Source of the DNA: Spirochaetia bacterium
Lineage (GTDB): Bacteria; Spirochaetota; Spirochaetia; SZUA-6; Bin103
NCBI GenBank assembly: GCA_965208575.1
Contig: CBDBOV010000004.1
Location: forward strand, 640,001 to 704,000
Length of the DNA stretch: 64,000 nucleotides
Reading direction: 5' to 3'
Numbering within the stretch: the stretch's first letter is position 1; each line of letters opens with the position of its first letter. Below the pieces are notes generated by a model that ran no database searches, was not told where the DNA came from, and worked only from the letters and a program-made list of their open reading frames with translations. The position numbers were made by a program, and so were the translations under genes. Below, one piece after another: positions 39,137-49,344 of this stretch.

Positions 39137-41002
39137 ATGGACTACCCGATCACGCCGCTCGCCTTCACGGAGGTGACTTTCGACGACCGCTTCTGGCTGC
39201 CGCGCCTCACCACCAACCGCGAGGTCACCATCCCGTACGACTTCCGCAAGTGCGAGCAGACCGGCCGCATCGACAACTTCGCCAAGGCCGCCGGGCTCAT
39301 GGAAGGCCCGCACGAAGGCATCTTCTTCAACGATTCCGACGTGTTCAAGGTGGTCGAGGGCGCCGCTTACTCGCTGAGCCTGCACCCCGACCCCGAGCTC
39401 GATGCCTACCTGGACGGCCTGATCGCCAAGTTTGCCGGCGCGCAGGAGCAGGACGGCTACCTGTACACCGCCCGCACCATCGACCCATCTGCGATGGAAC
39501 CCGACCGGGAGGGCCTGACGCGCTGGTCCAACCTCAAGGTCAACCACGAACTGTACAACGTCGGCCACCTGTACGAGGCTGCCGTGGCACACCACCAGGC
39601 CACCGGCAAGCGTGCGCTGCTCGACGTGGCGGTGCGCAACGCGGAGTTGATCGACCGCGTGTTCGGGCCCGGCAAGATCCGCGACGTGCCCGGCCACGAG
39701 GAGATCGAGATCGGCCTGGTCAAGCTGTACCGTACCACCGGCGAGCGCCGCTACCTGGAGCTGGCGAAGTTCTTTCTCGACCAGCGCGGCCAGCCCGACC
39801 GCGGCACCCTGCACGCCAACTTCGACAACCCCGGCTACATGCAGGACCACCTGCCGGTGACCGAGCAGCGCGAGGCGGTCGGCCACGCGGTGCGGGCGGG
39901 CTACCTGTACAGCGGCATGGCCGACGTGGCGGCGCTGACCGGCGACCAGGCGTACATCGACGCGCTCGACGCCATCTGGACCAACGTCGTGTCCAGGCGC
40001 ATGTACCTGACCGGCGGCATCGGCTCGCGCCACCACGGCGAGGCGTTCGGCGACGACTACGAGCTGCCCAACGCCGAGGCGTACGCCGAGACCTGCGCCG
40101 CCATCGCGGGCGCGCTGTGGAACCACCGCATGTTCCTGCTGCACGGCGACGCCCGGTACCTCGACGTGCTGGAGCGCACCCTCTACAACGGCCTCCTGGC
40201 CGGCATCTCGCTCGCCGGCGACACCTTCTTCTACGCCAACCCTTTGTCCTCCGACGGCCGGTGGCCGTTCAATGTCAGTACGGGCGCCGAGCGCTACCCC
40301 TGGTTCGATTGCTCGTGCTGCCCTACCAACGTGGCGCGCCTGCTGCCCTCCCTGCCGGGCTACGTCTACGCGCACCGCGGCGGCGAGGTGTACGTCAACC
40401 TGTACGCCGCCGGCACGGCCACCATCCCGACGTCCGCCGGCTCCGTGACCCTGGCGCAGGAGACGGACTACCCGTGGTCGGGCGCCGTCCGGCTCACCGT
40501 CGACCCCGACCGGGAGTCCGGGTTCGCCCTGCGCCTGCGCGTACCCGGCTGGGCCCGGAACGAGCCGGTGCCCAGCGATCTGTATCGCTACCTGGACGCC
40601 GCCGGAGAGGCGCCCTCGCTACGCGTGAATGGCGCCCCTTCCGGCGTGGAACTGGACCGGGGGTTCGCCGTGGTGCGCCGCCGCTGGCGCCCGGGCGACA
40701 CGGTCGAACTGGACCTGCCGATGCCGGTCCGCCGCGTCGTGAGCCACGAGGCCGTGACGGACAACCGCGGGCGCACCGCCGTCGAGCGCGGCCCGCTGGT
40801 GTACTGCGCCGAGGGGGCCGACAACGGCGGCAAGGCCCTCGGCCTCACTCTGCCCGACGCCGCCGCCCTCAGCGCCGAGCACGACTCCGCCCTGCTCGGC
40901 GGCGTAACGGCGATCCGCGGCGCCGGCATCACCCTGATCCCCTACTACGCCTGGTCGCACCGCGGCGCCGGCGAAATGAATGTCTGGCTGCAGCGCGAGT
41001 GA
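39137..41002 (+). CDS. GH127 beta-L-arabinofuranosidase-family hydrolase
   Basis: HELYNVGHLYEAAVAH, GHEEIEIGL, GHAVRAGY, ETCAA, CSCCPTN. Confidence 0.92.
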   Translation: MDYPITPLAFTEVTFDDRFWLPRLTTNREVTIPYDFRKCEQTGRIDNFAKAAGLMEGPHEGIFFNDSDVFKVVEGAAYSLSLHPDPELDAYLDGLIAKFAGAQEQDGYLYTARTIDPSAMEPDREGLTRWSNLKVNHELYNVGHLYEAAVAHHQATGKRALLDVAVRNAELIDRVFGPGKIRDVPGHEEIEIGLVKLYRTTGERRYLELAKFFLDQRGQPDRGTLHANFDNPGYMQDHLPVTEQREAVGHAVRAGYLYSGMADVAALTGDQAYIDALDAIWTNVVSRRMYLTGGIGSRHHGEAFGDDYELPNAEAYAETCAAIAGALWNHRMFLLHGDARYLDVLERTLYNGLLAGISLAGDTFFYANPLSSDGRWPFNVSTGAERYPWFDCSCCPTNVARLLPSLPGYVYAHRGGEVYVNLYAAGTATIPTSAGSVTLAQETDYPWSGAVRLTVDPDRESGFALRLRVPGWARNEPVPSDLYRYLDAAGEAPSLRVNGAPSGVELDRGFAVVRRRWRPGDTVELDLPMPVRRVVSHEAVTDNRGRTAVERGPLVYCAEGADNGGKALGLTLPDAAALSAEHDSALLGGVTAIRGAGITLIPYYAWSHRGAGEMNVWLQRE

Positions 41003-41081
41003 TCGAGTAACCGCCACCACCGGTCCGACCAAACATCCGGTGCCCTGCATGCGCGAGCGCCGGCAGCGCCCGCGCACGCGT

Positions 41082-41132
41082 TTGACCGGTGCCAGCACAG
41101 GTGATACGGTGACAGATACTTTGCAACGTTGC
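41082..41132 (+). promoter_or_regulatory. sigma70 promoter plus palindromic operator
   Basis: TTGACC 41082, 17-bp spacer, extended -10 TG-a-TACGGT 41105; GCAACGTTGC 41123-41132. Confidence 0.6.
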
Positions 41133-41171
41133 GTTGGTGCTTGCAGGCACCCGCAGCAAGGAGGCAACGCG

Positions 41172-42971
41172 ATGAAGAACGTCTGGTGGGCCGTGACCCT
41201 GGCCCTGTGTCTGACCGCGACCGGCGCCTGGGCCGGCGGCGACGACGAAACCGAGGCCGCATCCGCCGAGCCGCGCGAGATGGTGGAGGATCCGACCACC
41301 GGCGAGATGCTGCTGGCGCCGCGCTACGGCGGGTCGATCAGCTACGCGGTGATCGGGTCGCCGCCGAGTTCCGACGTGTGGTTCACCCACCACTCCTACA
41401 ACGCCATCAACGGCGTCAACGAGAATCTCGCCGTCGGAAACTGGGCGATCGACCGCGACGTATTCGCCTTCGACACGGACGTCGTACCGGTGTCGGCGAT
41501 GACCGGCCAACTGGCCGAAAGCTGGACCATGCCCGACGACGTCACCGTGGTGTTCACCATCCGCGACGATGTGTTCTGGCGCGACCGGCCGCCGACCAAC
41601 GGGCGCCAGCTCACCGCGCACGACATCGCCTACAACTGGAACCGCTACTTCGGGCTCGAGCAGTTCGCCGAGCAGGGGATTTCGCCCTCGCTGGGCGCGG
41701 GTTACGAGGGCAGATACGAGTCGATCACCGCCACCGACGACCGCACCGTGGTGTTCAAGCTGTCCCAGCCAAGGCTCGACCCGCTGTATGACATCTTCTT
41801 CCAGCTCAGCCGGTCGATCTACGCACCGGAGGTGATCGAGGAGCACGGTGACGTGCAGGACTGGCGTAACAACGTCGGCACCGGCCCGTTCGACCTGGTC
41901 GAGTGGGTCGAAGAGAGCCTGATGGTGTGGAACAGGGTCGACGACTACTGGGGCTTCGACGAGAAGTTCCCGGACAATCGCCTGCCCTACATCGACGAGG
42001 TGCGCGCCATCTTCATGAAAGAGCCGGCGGCCCGGCTCGCGGCGATCCGCACCCGGCAGGTCGATCACCTCGGCAGCCCCGGCAACACCCAGATCAACTC
42101 GATCGACGACTTCAAGTCGCTGCGCGACAGCAACCCCGAGCTGCAGTTCTTCAAACGCGTGTTCCGCTGCGAAACCTGCATCGGGTTCAACATCGCCAAC
42201 AAGCCGTTCGACGACATCAACGTGCGCCGCGCCATGCAGATGGCGTTCGACTTCGAGGCGATGAACAATGACTTCTTCGACGGCGAGGCCGACTGGGAGC
42301 CGGAGGGGCTGATCGGTCGCGGCAGCAAGGCGGGGTACTTCACCCCGTTCTCGGAGTGGCCGGAGGAGATCGCGCAGTACTACCGCTACGATCCGGAGCG
42401 CGCCGAGCAGATGCTCGACGAGGCCGGCTACCCGCGCGGCGACGACGGCATCCGGTTCCGGGTCCACTACGACGTCTGGGAGGGCCGCCCGCTGCCGTTC
42501 TTCGACCTGCAGGTGGCCTACTGGCGCGACATCGGCGTCGAGGTGGAGGTGCGGCCGCACGATGGCGCCACCCTGGTTCCCCTGATTCAGAGCGGAGCGT
42601 ACGAGGGCATGTCGGGGCGCGAATCGGGTTTCTTCACCGCCGATCCGCTCGGTCTGCTGCGTGCCCTTGCTTACACCGACGCCACCTGGAACGCCCCGGG
42701 AATCGATGATCCGGAGCTGAACGCGCTGCTCGACGAGGCCGCCGCCACCACCGACCTGGCGGAGCACCAGCGGCTGGTCAAGCAGGCGGACCTCTACATC
42801 ACCGCCAACCAGTGGTACATGTGGTCGCACCGCATACCGCAGATCTTCGTGTTCCAGCCGTGGATCGTGGGCCACAGCGGCGAGTTGGCGATCGGCACCA
42901 TGGAGCGCGGGCCGGTGATGATGGCGCGCCTCTGGATCGACCAGGAGATGAAGGACGAGTACGTCAAGTAG
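41172..42971 (+). CDS. Family 5 substrate-binding protein, tandem paralog 1
   Basis: AAGGAGG RBS, signal peptide, PRYGG, GQLAESW, VGTGPF, PFDDINVRRAM. Confidence 0.9.
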   Translation: MKNVWWAVTLALCLTATGAWAGGDDETEAASAEPREMVEDPTTGEMLLAPRYGGSISYAVIGSPPSSDVWFTHHSYNAINGVNENLAVGNWAIDRDVFAFDTDVVPVSAMTGQLAESWTMPDDVTVVFTIRDDVFWRDRPPTNGRQLTAHDIAYNWNRYFGLEQFAEQGISPSLGAGYEGRYESITATDDRTVVFKLSQPRLDPLYDIFFQLSRSIYAPEVIEEHGDVQDWRNNVGTGPFDLVEWVEESLMVWNRVDDYWGFDEKFPDNRLPYIDEVRAIFMKEPAARLAAIRTRQVDHLGSPGNTQINSIDDFKSLRDSNPELQFFKRVFRCETCIGFNIANKPFDDINVRRAMQMAFDFEAMNNDFFDGEADWEPEGLIGRGSKAGYFTPFSEWPEEIAQYYRYDPERAEQMLDEAGYPRGDDGIRFRVHYDVWEGRPLPFFDLQVAYWRDIGVEVEVRPHDGATLVPLIQSGAYEGMSGRESGFFTADPLGLLRALAYTDATWNAPGIDDPELNALLDEAAATTDLAEHQRLVKQADLYITANQWYMWSHRIPQIFVFQPWIVGHSGELAIGTMERGPVMMARLWIDQEMKDEYVK

Positions 42972-43013
42972 ACTGTCTGGCCGTTCGCAGTCTTTGAACG
43001 CATGACAAACGGT

Positions 43014-43042
43014 GCGGGATGGTCGCACGCCGGCCATCCCGC
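43014..43042 (+). terminator. Hairpin downstream of SBP paralog 1
   Basis: GCGGGATGGTCG-CACGC-CGGCCATCCCGC. Confidence 0.55.
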
Positions 43043-43157
43043 CCATTCCGCCGCGAACGTTCGAATACGCTGACGGTTCTGATAGCATAGGCTGGTACGC
43101 TCACGAACACAGGCGCCGGGAGGCAGTCTCGGGGCCAAGAAAAGGGAGGAGTTCCGC

Positions 43158-44960
43158 ATGACTCCAAGATTCATGATACTGGCACTGGCATTCGCGCTGG
43201 TGGCGGCTTCCGTTCCGTTTGCCGGCGGCGAGGAGGAAACCGAGACCGCCGCGCCCGAAACGCGCGACATGGTGGAAGATCCCACTACCGGCAAGATGCT
43301 GCTCGCGCCGCGCTACGGCGGGTCGATCAGCTACGCGGCGGTCGGGTCGCCACCGAGTTCCGACACCTGGTTCACCCACCACTCCAACAACGCCATCAAC
43401 GGCGTCAACGAGAGTCTGGCCATCGGCGACTGGGGCATCGACCGCGACGTGTACGCGTTCGACACCGACGTCGTCCCGGTGTCGGTGATGATCGGTCAAC
43501 TGGCCGAGAGCTGGACCATGCCCGACGACGTCACCGTGGTGTTCACCATCCGCGACAACGTGTTCTGGCGCGACCGGGCGCCTACCAACGGCCGCCAGCT
43601 CACCGCGCACGACGTCGTCTACAACTGGCACCGCTACATCGGACTCGGGCAGTTCGCCGAGCAGGGGGTGTCGCCCTCGCTGGGCGCCGGATACGAGGGC
43701 AAGTACGAGTCGATCACCGCCACCGACGACCGCACCGTGGTGTTCAAGCTGCCGCAGCCGCGGCTCGACCCGCTGTACGACATCCTGTTCCAGCGCAGCC
43801 GCGCGATCTACGCACCCGAGGTGATCGAGGAGCACGGCGACGTGCAGGACTGGCGCAACAACGTCGGCACCGGACCGTACGACCTGGTCGAATGGGTCGA
43901 GGAAAGCCTGATGGTGTGGAACAGGATCGACGACTACTGGGGCTTTGACGAGAAGTTTCCCGACAATCGCCTGCCCTACATCGACGAGGTGCGCGCCATC
44001 TTCATGAAGGAGCCGGCAGCCCGGATCGCGGCGATCCGCACCCGGCAGGTCGATCACCTCGGCAGCCCCGGCAACAGCCAGATCAACTCGGTCGACGACG
44101 CCAACGCGCTGCGCAACAGCAACCCCGAGCTGCAGTTCTTCCGGCGCGTGTTCCGCTGCGAGACCTGCATCGGGTTCAACATCGGCAACGAGCCGTTCGA
44201 CGACATCAACGTGCGCCGCGCCATGCAGATGGCATTCGACCTGGAAGCGATGAACAACGACTTCTTCGACGGCCAGGCGGACTGGGTGCCGGAGGGCAGG
44301 ATAGGCCGCGGCGCCAAGGAGGGGTACTTCACCCCGTTCTCGGAGTGGCCGGAAGAGATCGCGCAGTATTACCGCTACGATCCGGAGCGCGCCGAGCAGT
44401 TGCTCGACGAGGCCGGCTACCCGCGCGGCGAGGACGGCATCCGGTTCCGCACCCACTACGACGTCTGGGAGGGCCGGCCGCTGCCGTTCTTCGACCTGCA
44501 GGTGGCCTACTGGCGCGACATCGGCGTCGAGGTGGAGGTGCGGCCGCACGATGGCGCCACCCTGGTTCCCCTGATTCAGAGCAGGGCGTACCAGGGCATG
44601 TCGGGGCGCGAGTTGGGCACATTTACCGGCAATCCGCTCGGTTCGATACGCGTTATCGCCTATACCGACGCCACCTGGAACGCCCCCGGGATCGATGATG
44701 CGAAGATGAATGCGCTGCTCGACGCGGCCGCGGAGACCACCGACCTGGCGGAGCACCAGCGGCTGGTCAAGGAGGCGGACCTCCACTTGATCGCCAACCA
44801 CTGGTACGGCTGGTCGCACCGGCTGCCGCAGATCTTCGTGTTCCAGCCGTGGATCGTCGGCCACAGCGGCGAGCTGCAGCTCGGCAGCATGGAGCGCGGA
44901 CCGGTGATGATGGCGCGCCTGTGGATCGACCAGGAGCTGAAGGACGAATACGTCAAGTAG
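43158..44960 (+). CDS. Family 5 substrate-binding protein, tandem paralog 2
   Basis: Near-collinear copy of paralog 1 with a different signal peptide; GGAGGAG RBS. Confidence 0.9.
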   Translation: MTPRFMILALAFALVAASVPFAGGEEETETAAPETRDMVEDPTTGKMLLAPRYGGSISYAAVGSPPSSDTWFTHHSNNAINGVNESLAIGDWGIDRDVYAFDTDVVPVSVMIGQLAESWTMPDDVTVVFTIRDNVFWRDRAPTNGRQLTAHDVVYNWHRYIGLGQFAEQGVSPSLGAGYEGKYESITATDDRTVVFKLPQPRLDPLYDILFQRSRAIYAPEVIEEHGDVQDWRNNVGTGPYDLVEWVEESLMVWNRIDDYWGFDEKFPDNRLPYIDEVRAIFMKEPAARIAAIRTRQVDHLGSPGNSQINSVDDANALRNSNPELQFFRRVFRCETCIGFNIGNEPFDDINVRRAMQMAFDLEAMNNDFFDGQADWVPEGRIGRGAKEGYFTPFSEWPEEIAQYYRYDPERAEQLLDEAGYPRGEDGIRFRTHYDVWEGRPLPFFDLQVAYWRDIGVEVEVRPHDGATLVPLIQSRAYQGMSGRELGTFTGNPLGSIRVIAYTDATWNAPGIDDAKMNALLDAAAETTDLAEHQRLVKEADLHLIANHWYGWSHRLPQIFVFQPWIVGHSGELQLGSMERGPVMMARLWIDQELKDEYVK

Positions 44961-45005
44961 CGCCCCAAACCCGGTCGGCGCCGCTCTTGGCCCATCCCAA
45001 CCGTT

Positions 45006-45044
45006 CGCCCAGGAGCCTGTCGCGATCCGACCGGCTCCTGGGCG
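45006..45044 (+). terminator. Hairpin between SBP and permease
   Basis: CGCCCAGGAGCC...GGCTCCTGGGCG 12-bp stem, no U tract. Confidence 0.55.
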
Positions 45045-45132
45045 TCTTGCCTGCGTCCGCGTGACGCCGCAGCGGGATATCGGCTCAGCCGGCATGCCAC
45101 TGCGGCCTCGTTAATGCCCCGAGGGCATCCGC

Positions 45133-46089
45133 GTGCGAGCCTATATCATCCGCAGGCTGCTGCTGATCATCCCTACCCTGCTGATCCTGAGCGCGCTGGT
45201 GTTCCTGTCGGTGCGCTTCATTCCCGGCGACGTCATCGACGCGCTGGAGTCACGGATGGACTACCTGGCCGAGCCGCTCGACCGCGCCGCGCTGGAGCGG
45301 GTGCTCGGCCTCGACAAGCCGGTGCACGTGCAGTACCTGCTGTGGCTGCGCGGCATCTTCCTGCACGGCACGCTGGGCAATTCGCTGCTCGGCAAGGACA
45401 CCGTGGAAGCGAAGATCTGGACCCGCGCGGGGCCGACCTTTCAACTGGGCCTGATGTCCCTGGTCATCGGCCTGGTGATCGCGCTGCCGGTGGGGGTGTA
45501 CTCGGCGATCCGCCAGGACACCGCGGCCGACTACGCGGGCCGCACCATCGCGGTGCTGGGGCTGGCGACGCCCAACTTCTGGCTCGCGATCATGGTGATC
45601 ATCTACCCGGCGCTGTGGTGGAACTGGGCGCCGCCGATCCTGATGGTCAAGTTCCTGGACGACCCGTGGGAAAGCCTGGGGGTGTTCCTGATCCCGAGCA
45701 TCATACTGGGCACCGCGATGTCGGCGGGCACCATGCGCTTCACCAGGACGATGATGTTGGAGGTACTGCGCCAGGACTACGTACGCACCGCCTGGGCCAA
45801 GGGCCTGCGCGAGCGCCTGGTGATCGCACGGCACGCCATCAAGAACGCGATGATCCCGGTGGTGTCGGCCATCGGGCTGTCGCTGCCGCTGCTGGTGGGC
45901 GGCTCGGTGATCATCGAGAACATCTTCAACCTGCCCGGCATGGGGCAGCTCATGCTGATCGCGCTGTCGGACCGGGACTACCCGATCGTGTCCGGCGTCA
46001 ACCTGTTCTTTGGGGTCGGCGTGGTGCTGATCAACCTGCTGATAGACCTGGTCTACGTCTACCTCGACCCGAGGATCCGTTACGCGTAG
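45133..46089 (+). CDS. DppB-like ABC permease
   Basis: RFIPGD, EVLRQDYVRTAWAKG, LDPRIRY. Confidence 0.9.
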   Translation: MRAYIIRRLLLIIPTLLILSALVFLSVRFIPGDVIDALESRMDYLAEPLDRAALERVLGLDKPVHVQYLLWLRGIFLHGTLGNSLLGKDTVEAKIWTRAGPTFQLGLMSLVIGLVIALPVGVYSAIRQDTAADYAGRTIAVLGLATPNFWLAIMVIIYPALWWNWAPPILMVKFLDDPWESLGVFLIPSIILGTAMSAGTMRFTRTMMLEVLRQDYVRTAWAKGLRERLVIARHAIKNAMIPVVSAIGLSLPLLVGGSVIIENIFNLPGMGQLMLIALSDRDYPIVSGVNLFFGVGVVLINLLIDLVYVYLDPRIRYA

Positions 46090-46098
46090 TGCGCCGGC

Positions 46099-47082
46099 AT
46101 GAGTGAGACCGGGACAACGGCAACGCCGGAGGCGAGCCCGCCCGCAACGAGCATGGAGGCCCCGCGCCAGCGGTCGCCGTTCGCGCAGTTCTTCGGACGG
46201 TTGATCAGGGAGAAACCGCTCGGCGCGATTAGCGGCGGCGTGGTCCTGGTCCTGATCGTGGTCAGCCTCTTCGCGACCCAGTTGGCGCCCTACGACATCA
46301 ACGACGTCAACGCCAAGAACCGGCTCAAGGGGCCGTCGGCCGAGCACCTGCTGGGCACCGACCACGTCGGCCGCGACTTCTTGAGCCGGGTGCTGCTCGG
46401 CGCCCGCCTGTCGCTGTTCGTGGGCCTGAGCGCCACCGCGCTCAACGTGCTGGTGGCGCTGCTGATCGGCGGCGTGTCCGGCTACCTGGGGGGCAAGCTG
46501 GACTTGATGATGCAGCGCTTCGTGGATGCCTGGATGGCGTTTCCCGGCCTGCTGCTATTGCTCACCATCATGTCGATCGTGGGGCGCGGCCTGCCGCAGG
46601 TGATCATCGTGCTGGGAGTGAGCGGCGGCATCGTCGGCTCGCGCGTGGTGCGCGGCGCCGTGCTCGGCGTCAAGGAAAACATCTACTTCCAGGCGGCCGA
46701 GGCGATCGGCACCCGCACCGGCAGCACCCTGCTGCGCCACGTAATCCCCAACATCGCGCCGGTACTGGTGATCATCTTCAGCATCAACATCGGCGGCGTG
46801 ATCATCAGCGAGGCTTCCCTGAGCTTTCTCGGCTTCGGGCTGCCGATCGAGATACCGAGCTGGGGCGGTCTGCTGAGCCGCGAGGGACGCCGCTACATGG
46901 AGCAGGCGCCGCACCTGGCGCTGTGGCCTGGCCTGTGTCTCACCGTCACGGTGTACAGCATGAACAACTTCGGTGACGCCATGCGCGACCTGCTGGACCC
47001 GCGCCTGCGCGGCGGCGCCAGTACCAACTACGGAGGATTCCGCAGCCGCGGGCGCGGCGCCGGGGCCACGGCCGCCCGGTGA
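46099..47082 (+). CDS. DppC-like ABC permease
   Basis: HLLGTDHVGRD, EASLSFLGFG, GDAMRDLLDPR. Confidence 0.9.
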   Translation: MSETGTTATPEASPPATSMEAPRQRSPFAQFFGRLIREKPLGAISGGVVLVLIVVSLFATQLAPYDINDVNAKNRLKGPSAEHLLGTDHVGRDFLSRVLLGARLSLFVGLSATALNVLVALLIGGVSGYLGGKLDLMMQRFVDAWMAFPGLLLLLTIMSIVGRGLPQVIIVLGVSGGIVGSRVVRGAVLGVKENIYFQAAEAIGTRTGSTLLRHVIPNIAPVLVIIFSINIGGVIISEASLSFLGFGLPIEIPSWGGLLSREGRRYMEQAPHLALWPGLCLTVTVYSMNNFGDAMRDLLDPRLRGGASTNYGGFRSRGRGAGATAAR

Positions 47083-49025
47083 ACGGCGGACACGGACCTG
47101 CTCACAACCCATCCACCGGACGCGGTCAGTCACCGCCGGCTCGGTGTCGGTGCCACGGCCGGCCGTTGAGCGCCGGCTGCCGATCAGCTCACCACCTGAT
47201 CACCTGCCGCCGCCGGCCACCGCCACCGCAATCGCGCCCTATCTGCCCCCGAGCGTTGCCGGCTTCCGTCCTCACTGACGGCCGCCGATGGACTCACGCC
47301 GCGACCGCCGGGCGGCGCCGGCCACCCCAGGCATGCCCACGCCCGCACTGTATCCGGGCGCTGGTGGCGGTTGTCCTCGCCGCCGCAATCGCGCCGATCG
47401 CCGCGGAGGAGCCGGCCACGCGGTTTCGTGACGCGACGGCGGAGTCGGGGATCGCGTTCGAGAGCGGCATGCGCGGCATCGACGGCTTCGCGTTCGTGGA
47501 CCTGATGGCCCGCACCAGCGCCGCCGCCGGCGACTACGACAACGACGGCGATATCGACCTGTTCATCGTGCGCGGCGACATCGGCCCCAACCTCCTGTAC
47601 CGCAACGACGGCGGCCTGCGCTTCACGGAGGTGGCGGCGGCGGCCGGTCTGGCCTTTACCCGCCCGCCGGCGGACAACTACCGCCACGCCGGGCCGACCT
47701 TCGCCGACGTCGACGGCGACGGCGACCTCGACCTGTTCGTCGGCGGCCTGCAAGGCGACCCGTCGCGGCTGTACCGCAACGACGGCGACGGCACGTTCAC
47801 GGACGTGACCCGGCACTCCGGGCTCGACGCGATGGGCGCTGAGCAGACCTTCTCGGCGGCGTTCGGCGACTACGACCTGGACGGCGACCTCGACCTGGCG
47901 CTGGCGCACTGGGGCACGGCGCGGCCCGCCGTCCTGCACGTGCGAGAGGCCTCCGCCCGCCGCCTGTTCACCGAGCACCTGTGGCGCAACGACAGCGACG
48001 CGCAGGGCATCCGGTTTACCCGAGTCAGCGACGCGGCCGGCATCGCGGCCACCATCCTGACGCTGCCCGATCCCGAGGAGCCGTTTCCCGACGGCCACCC
48101 CTCGCTCGGCCGCGACTGGACCTTCACCCCCACCTTCGCCCGCATCGACGGCGACCGCTACCCGGACTTGCTGTTCGCGGCCGACTTCAACCGCTCACAG
48201 GTGTTCCTCAACAACCGCGACGGCACCTTCCGCAACGTCACCGACCCGGCCGTGCTGATCGACGACCACGGCATGGGCTCGGCGGTGGCCGACTTCGACG
48301 CCGACGGCGACCTCGACTGGTTCGTGACCAGCGTGTACTACGGCGGGCCCGGCGAGACGCCGGACCCGTTCCGCGGCAACCGCCTGTACCGCAACGACGG
48401 CGGCGTGTTCACCGACGCCACCGATGCCGCCGGCGTGGTGGACGGCGGCTGGGGCTGGGCCGCCTGCGCCATCGACTTCGACAACGACGGCAACCTGGAC
48501 ATCTACCACACCAACGGCTGGATCAGCCTGGGCAGCTACGAGGCGGACTACACCGCCGACCGGTCGCGCGCCTTCGTGGGCCGCGGCGACGGCACCTTCA
48601 CCGACCGCGCCGCCGCGCTCGGCCTCGACGACAGCGAGTTCGGGCGCGGCGCGGTATGCGCCGACTTCGACAACGACGGCGACGTCGACATCCTGCTGCT
48701 GCATGAGTCGGCGACCCTGTGGGAGAACCTGACAACCGGCGCCAACTACCTGCGCGTCCTGCTGCGCGGGGCGCCGCCCAACACCGAGGCGGTGGGCGCC
48801 CGCATCAGCGTGACCACCGCCGGCGCCGCCGGGCAGCGAACCCGCATGCGCGAGTTGACCCTGGGCAGCAACTACCTGTCGCAGAACCCGCTGCTGCAGG
48901 TGTTCGGCCTCGCCGCCGCCACCGAGTGCGACGTCGAGGTGGAGTGGCCGGACGGCCGCCGCACCTCCCTGCGCGGCGTCTCAGCCGGCCAGACGCTGCA
49001 CCTCACCCACCCGGCCCTCCTCTGA
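47079..49025 (+). CDS. CRTAC1/ASPIC-UnbV family FG-GAP repeat protein; start uncertain, possibly near 47364
   Basis: Repeated DxDxDGDxD loops, LYRNDG motifs, C-terminal VGARI...SQN...FGL...VEWPDG. Confidence 0.85.
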   Translation: MNGGHGPAHNPSTGRGQSPPARCRCHGRPLSAGCRSAHHLITCRRRPPPPQSRPICPRALPASVLTDGRRWTHAATAGRRRPPQACPRPHCIRALVAVVLAAAIAPIAAEEPATRFRDATAESGIAFESGMRGIDGFAFVDLMARTSAAAGDYDNDGDIDLFIVRGDIGPNLLYRNDGGLRFTEVAAAAGLAFTRPPADNYRHAGPTFADVDGDGDLDLFVGGLQGDPSRLYRNDGDGTFTDVTRHSGLDAMGAEQTFSAAFGDYDLDGDLDLALAHWGTARPAVLHVREASARRLFTEHLWRNDSDAQGIRFTRVSDAAGIAATILTLPDPEEPFPDGHPSLGRDWTFTPTFARIDGDRYPDLLFAADFNRSQVFLNNRDGTFRNVTDPAVLIDDHGMGSAVADFDADGDLDWFVTSVYYGGPGETPDPFRGNRLYRNDGGVFTDATDAAGVVDGGWGWAACAIDFDNDGNLDIYHTNGWISLGSYEADYTADRSRAFVGRGDGTFTDRAAALGLDDSEFGRGAVCADFDNDGDVDILLLHESATLWENLTTGANYLRVLLRGAPPNTEAVGARISVTTAGAAGQRTRMRELTLGSNYLSQNPLLQVFGLAAATECDVEVEWPDGRRTSLRGVSAGQTLHLTHPALL

Positions 49026-49066
49026 TCCACAATCCGCCGGCACGGTTGTCATCCTGACGCGGTGCG

Positions 49067-49265
49067 TCAGTCGGAGAGGCCCATGCAGAACGCGAGTGCT
49101 CGAATGAGACGGACGAGGTCGGCGCGGTCCAACCGTCCGATCCGGTCGCCGATCTTCCCACGCCGGACGGTCACCGGTTTGTCGGCCATGATCTGCGACC
49201 TGCGGTGCAATCCGTTCAACCCGGACGGATCGATGGTCACTCGAAGAGTCGGGCACGTCGCGGAG
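49067..49265 (-). pseudogene. PemK/MazF toxin 3' fragment
   Basis: LRVTIDPSGLNGL...SQIMADKPVTV...IGRL...ALAFCMGL; N-terminus absent. Confidence 0.65.
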
Positions 49266-49344
49266 GCTGAGCGGAGGCTGCCGTGTCGGTTGACACGAAC
49301 GCTGGCGCTGTGCCAGTCCTTGTGAGGGTCCTTGTCGTGATCTC

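Noticed and set aside
41172-44960. Diversity-generating retroelement TR/VR pair
   Set aside because: No reverse transcriptase in the window, both copies are full genes, and differences are not confined to adenines.
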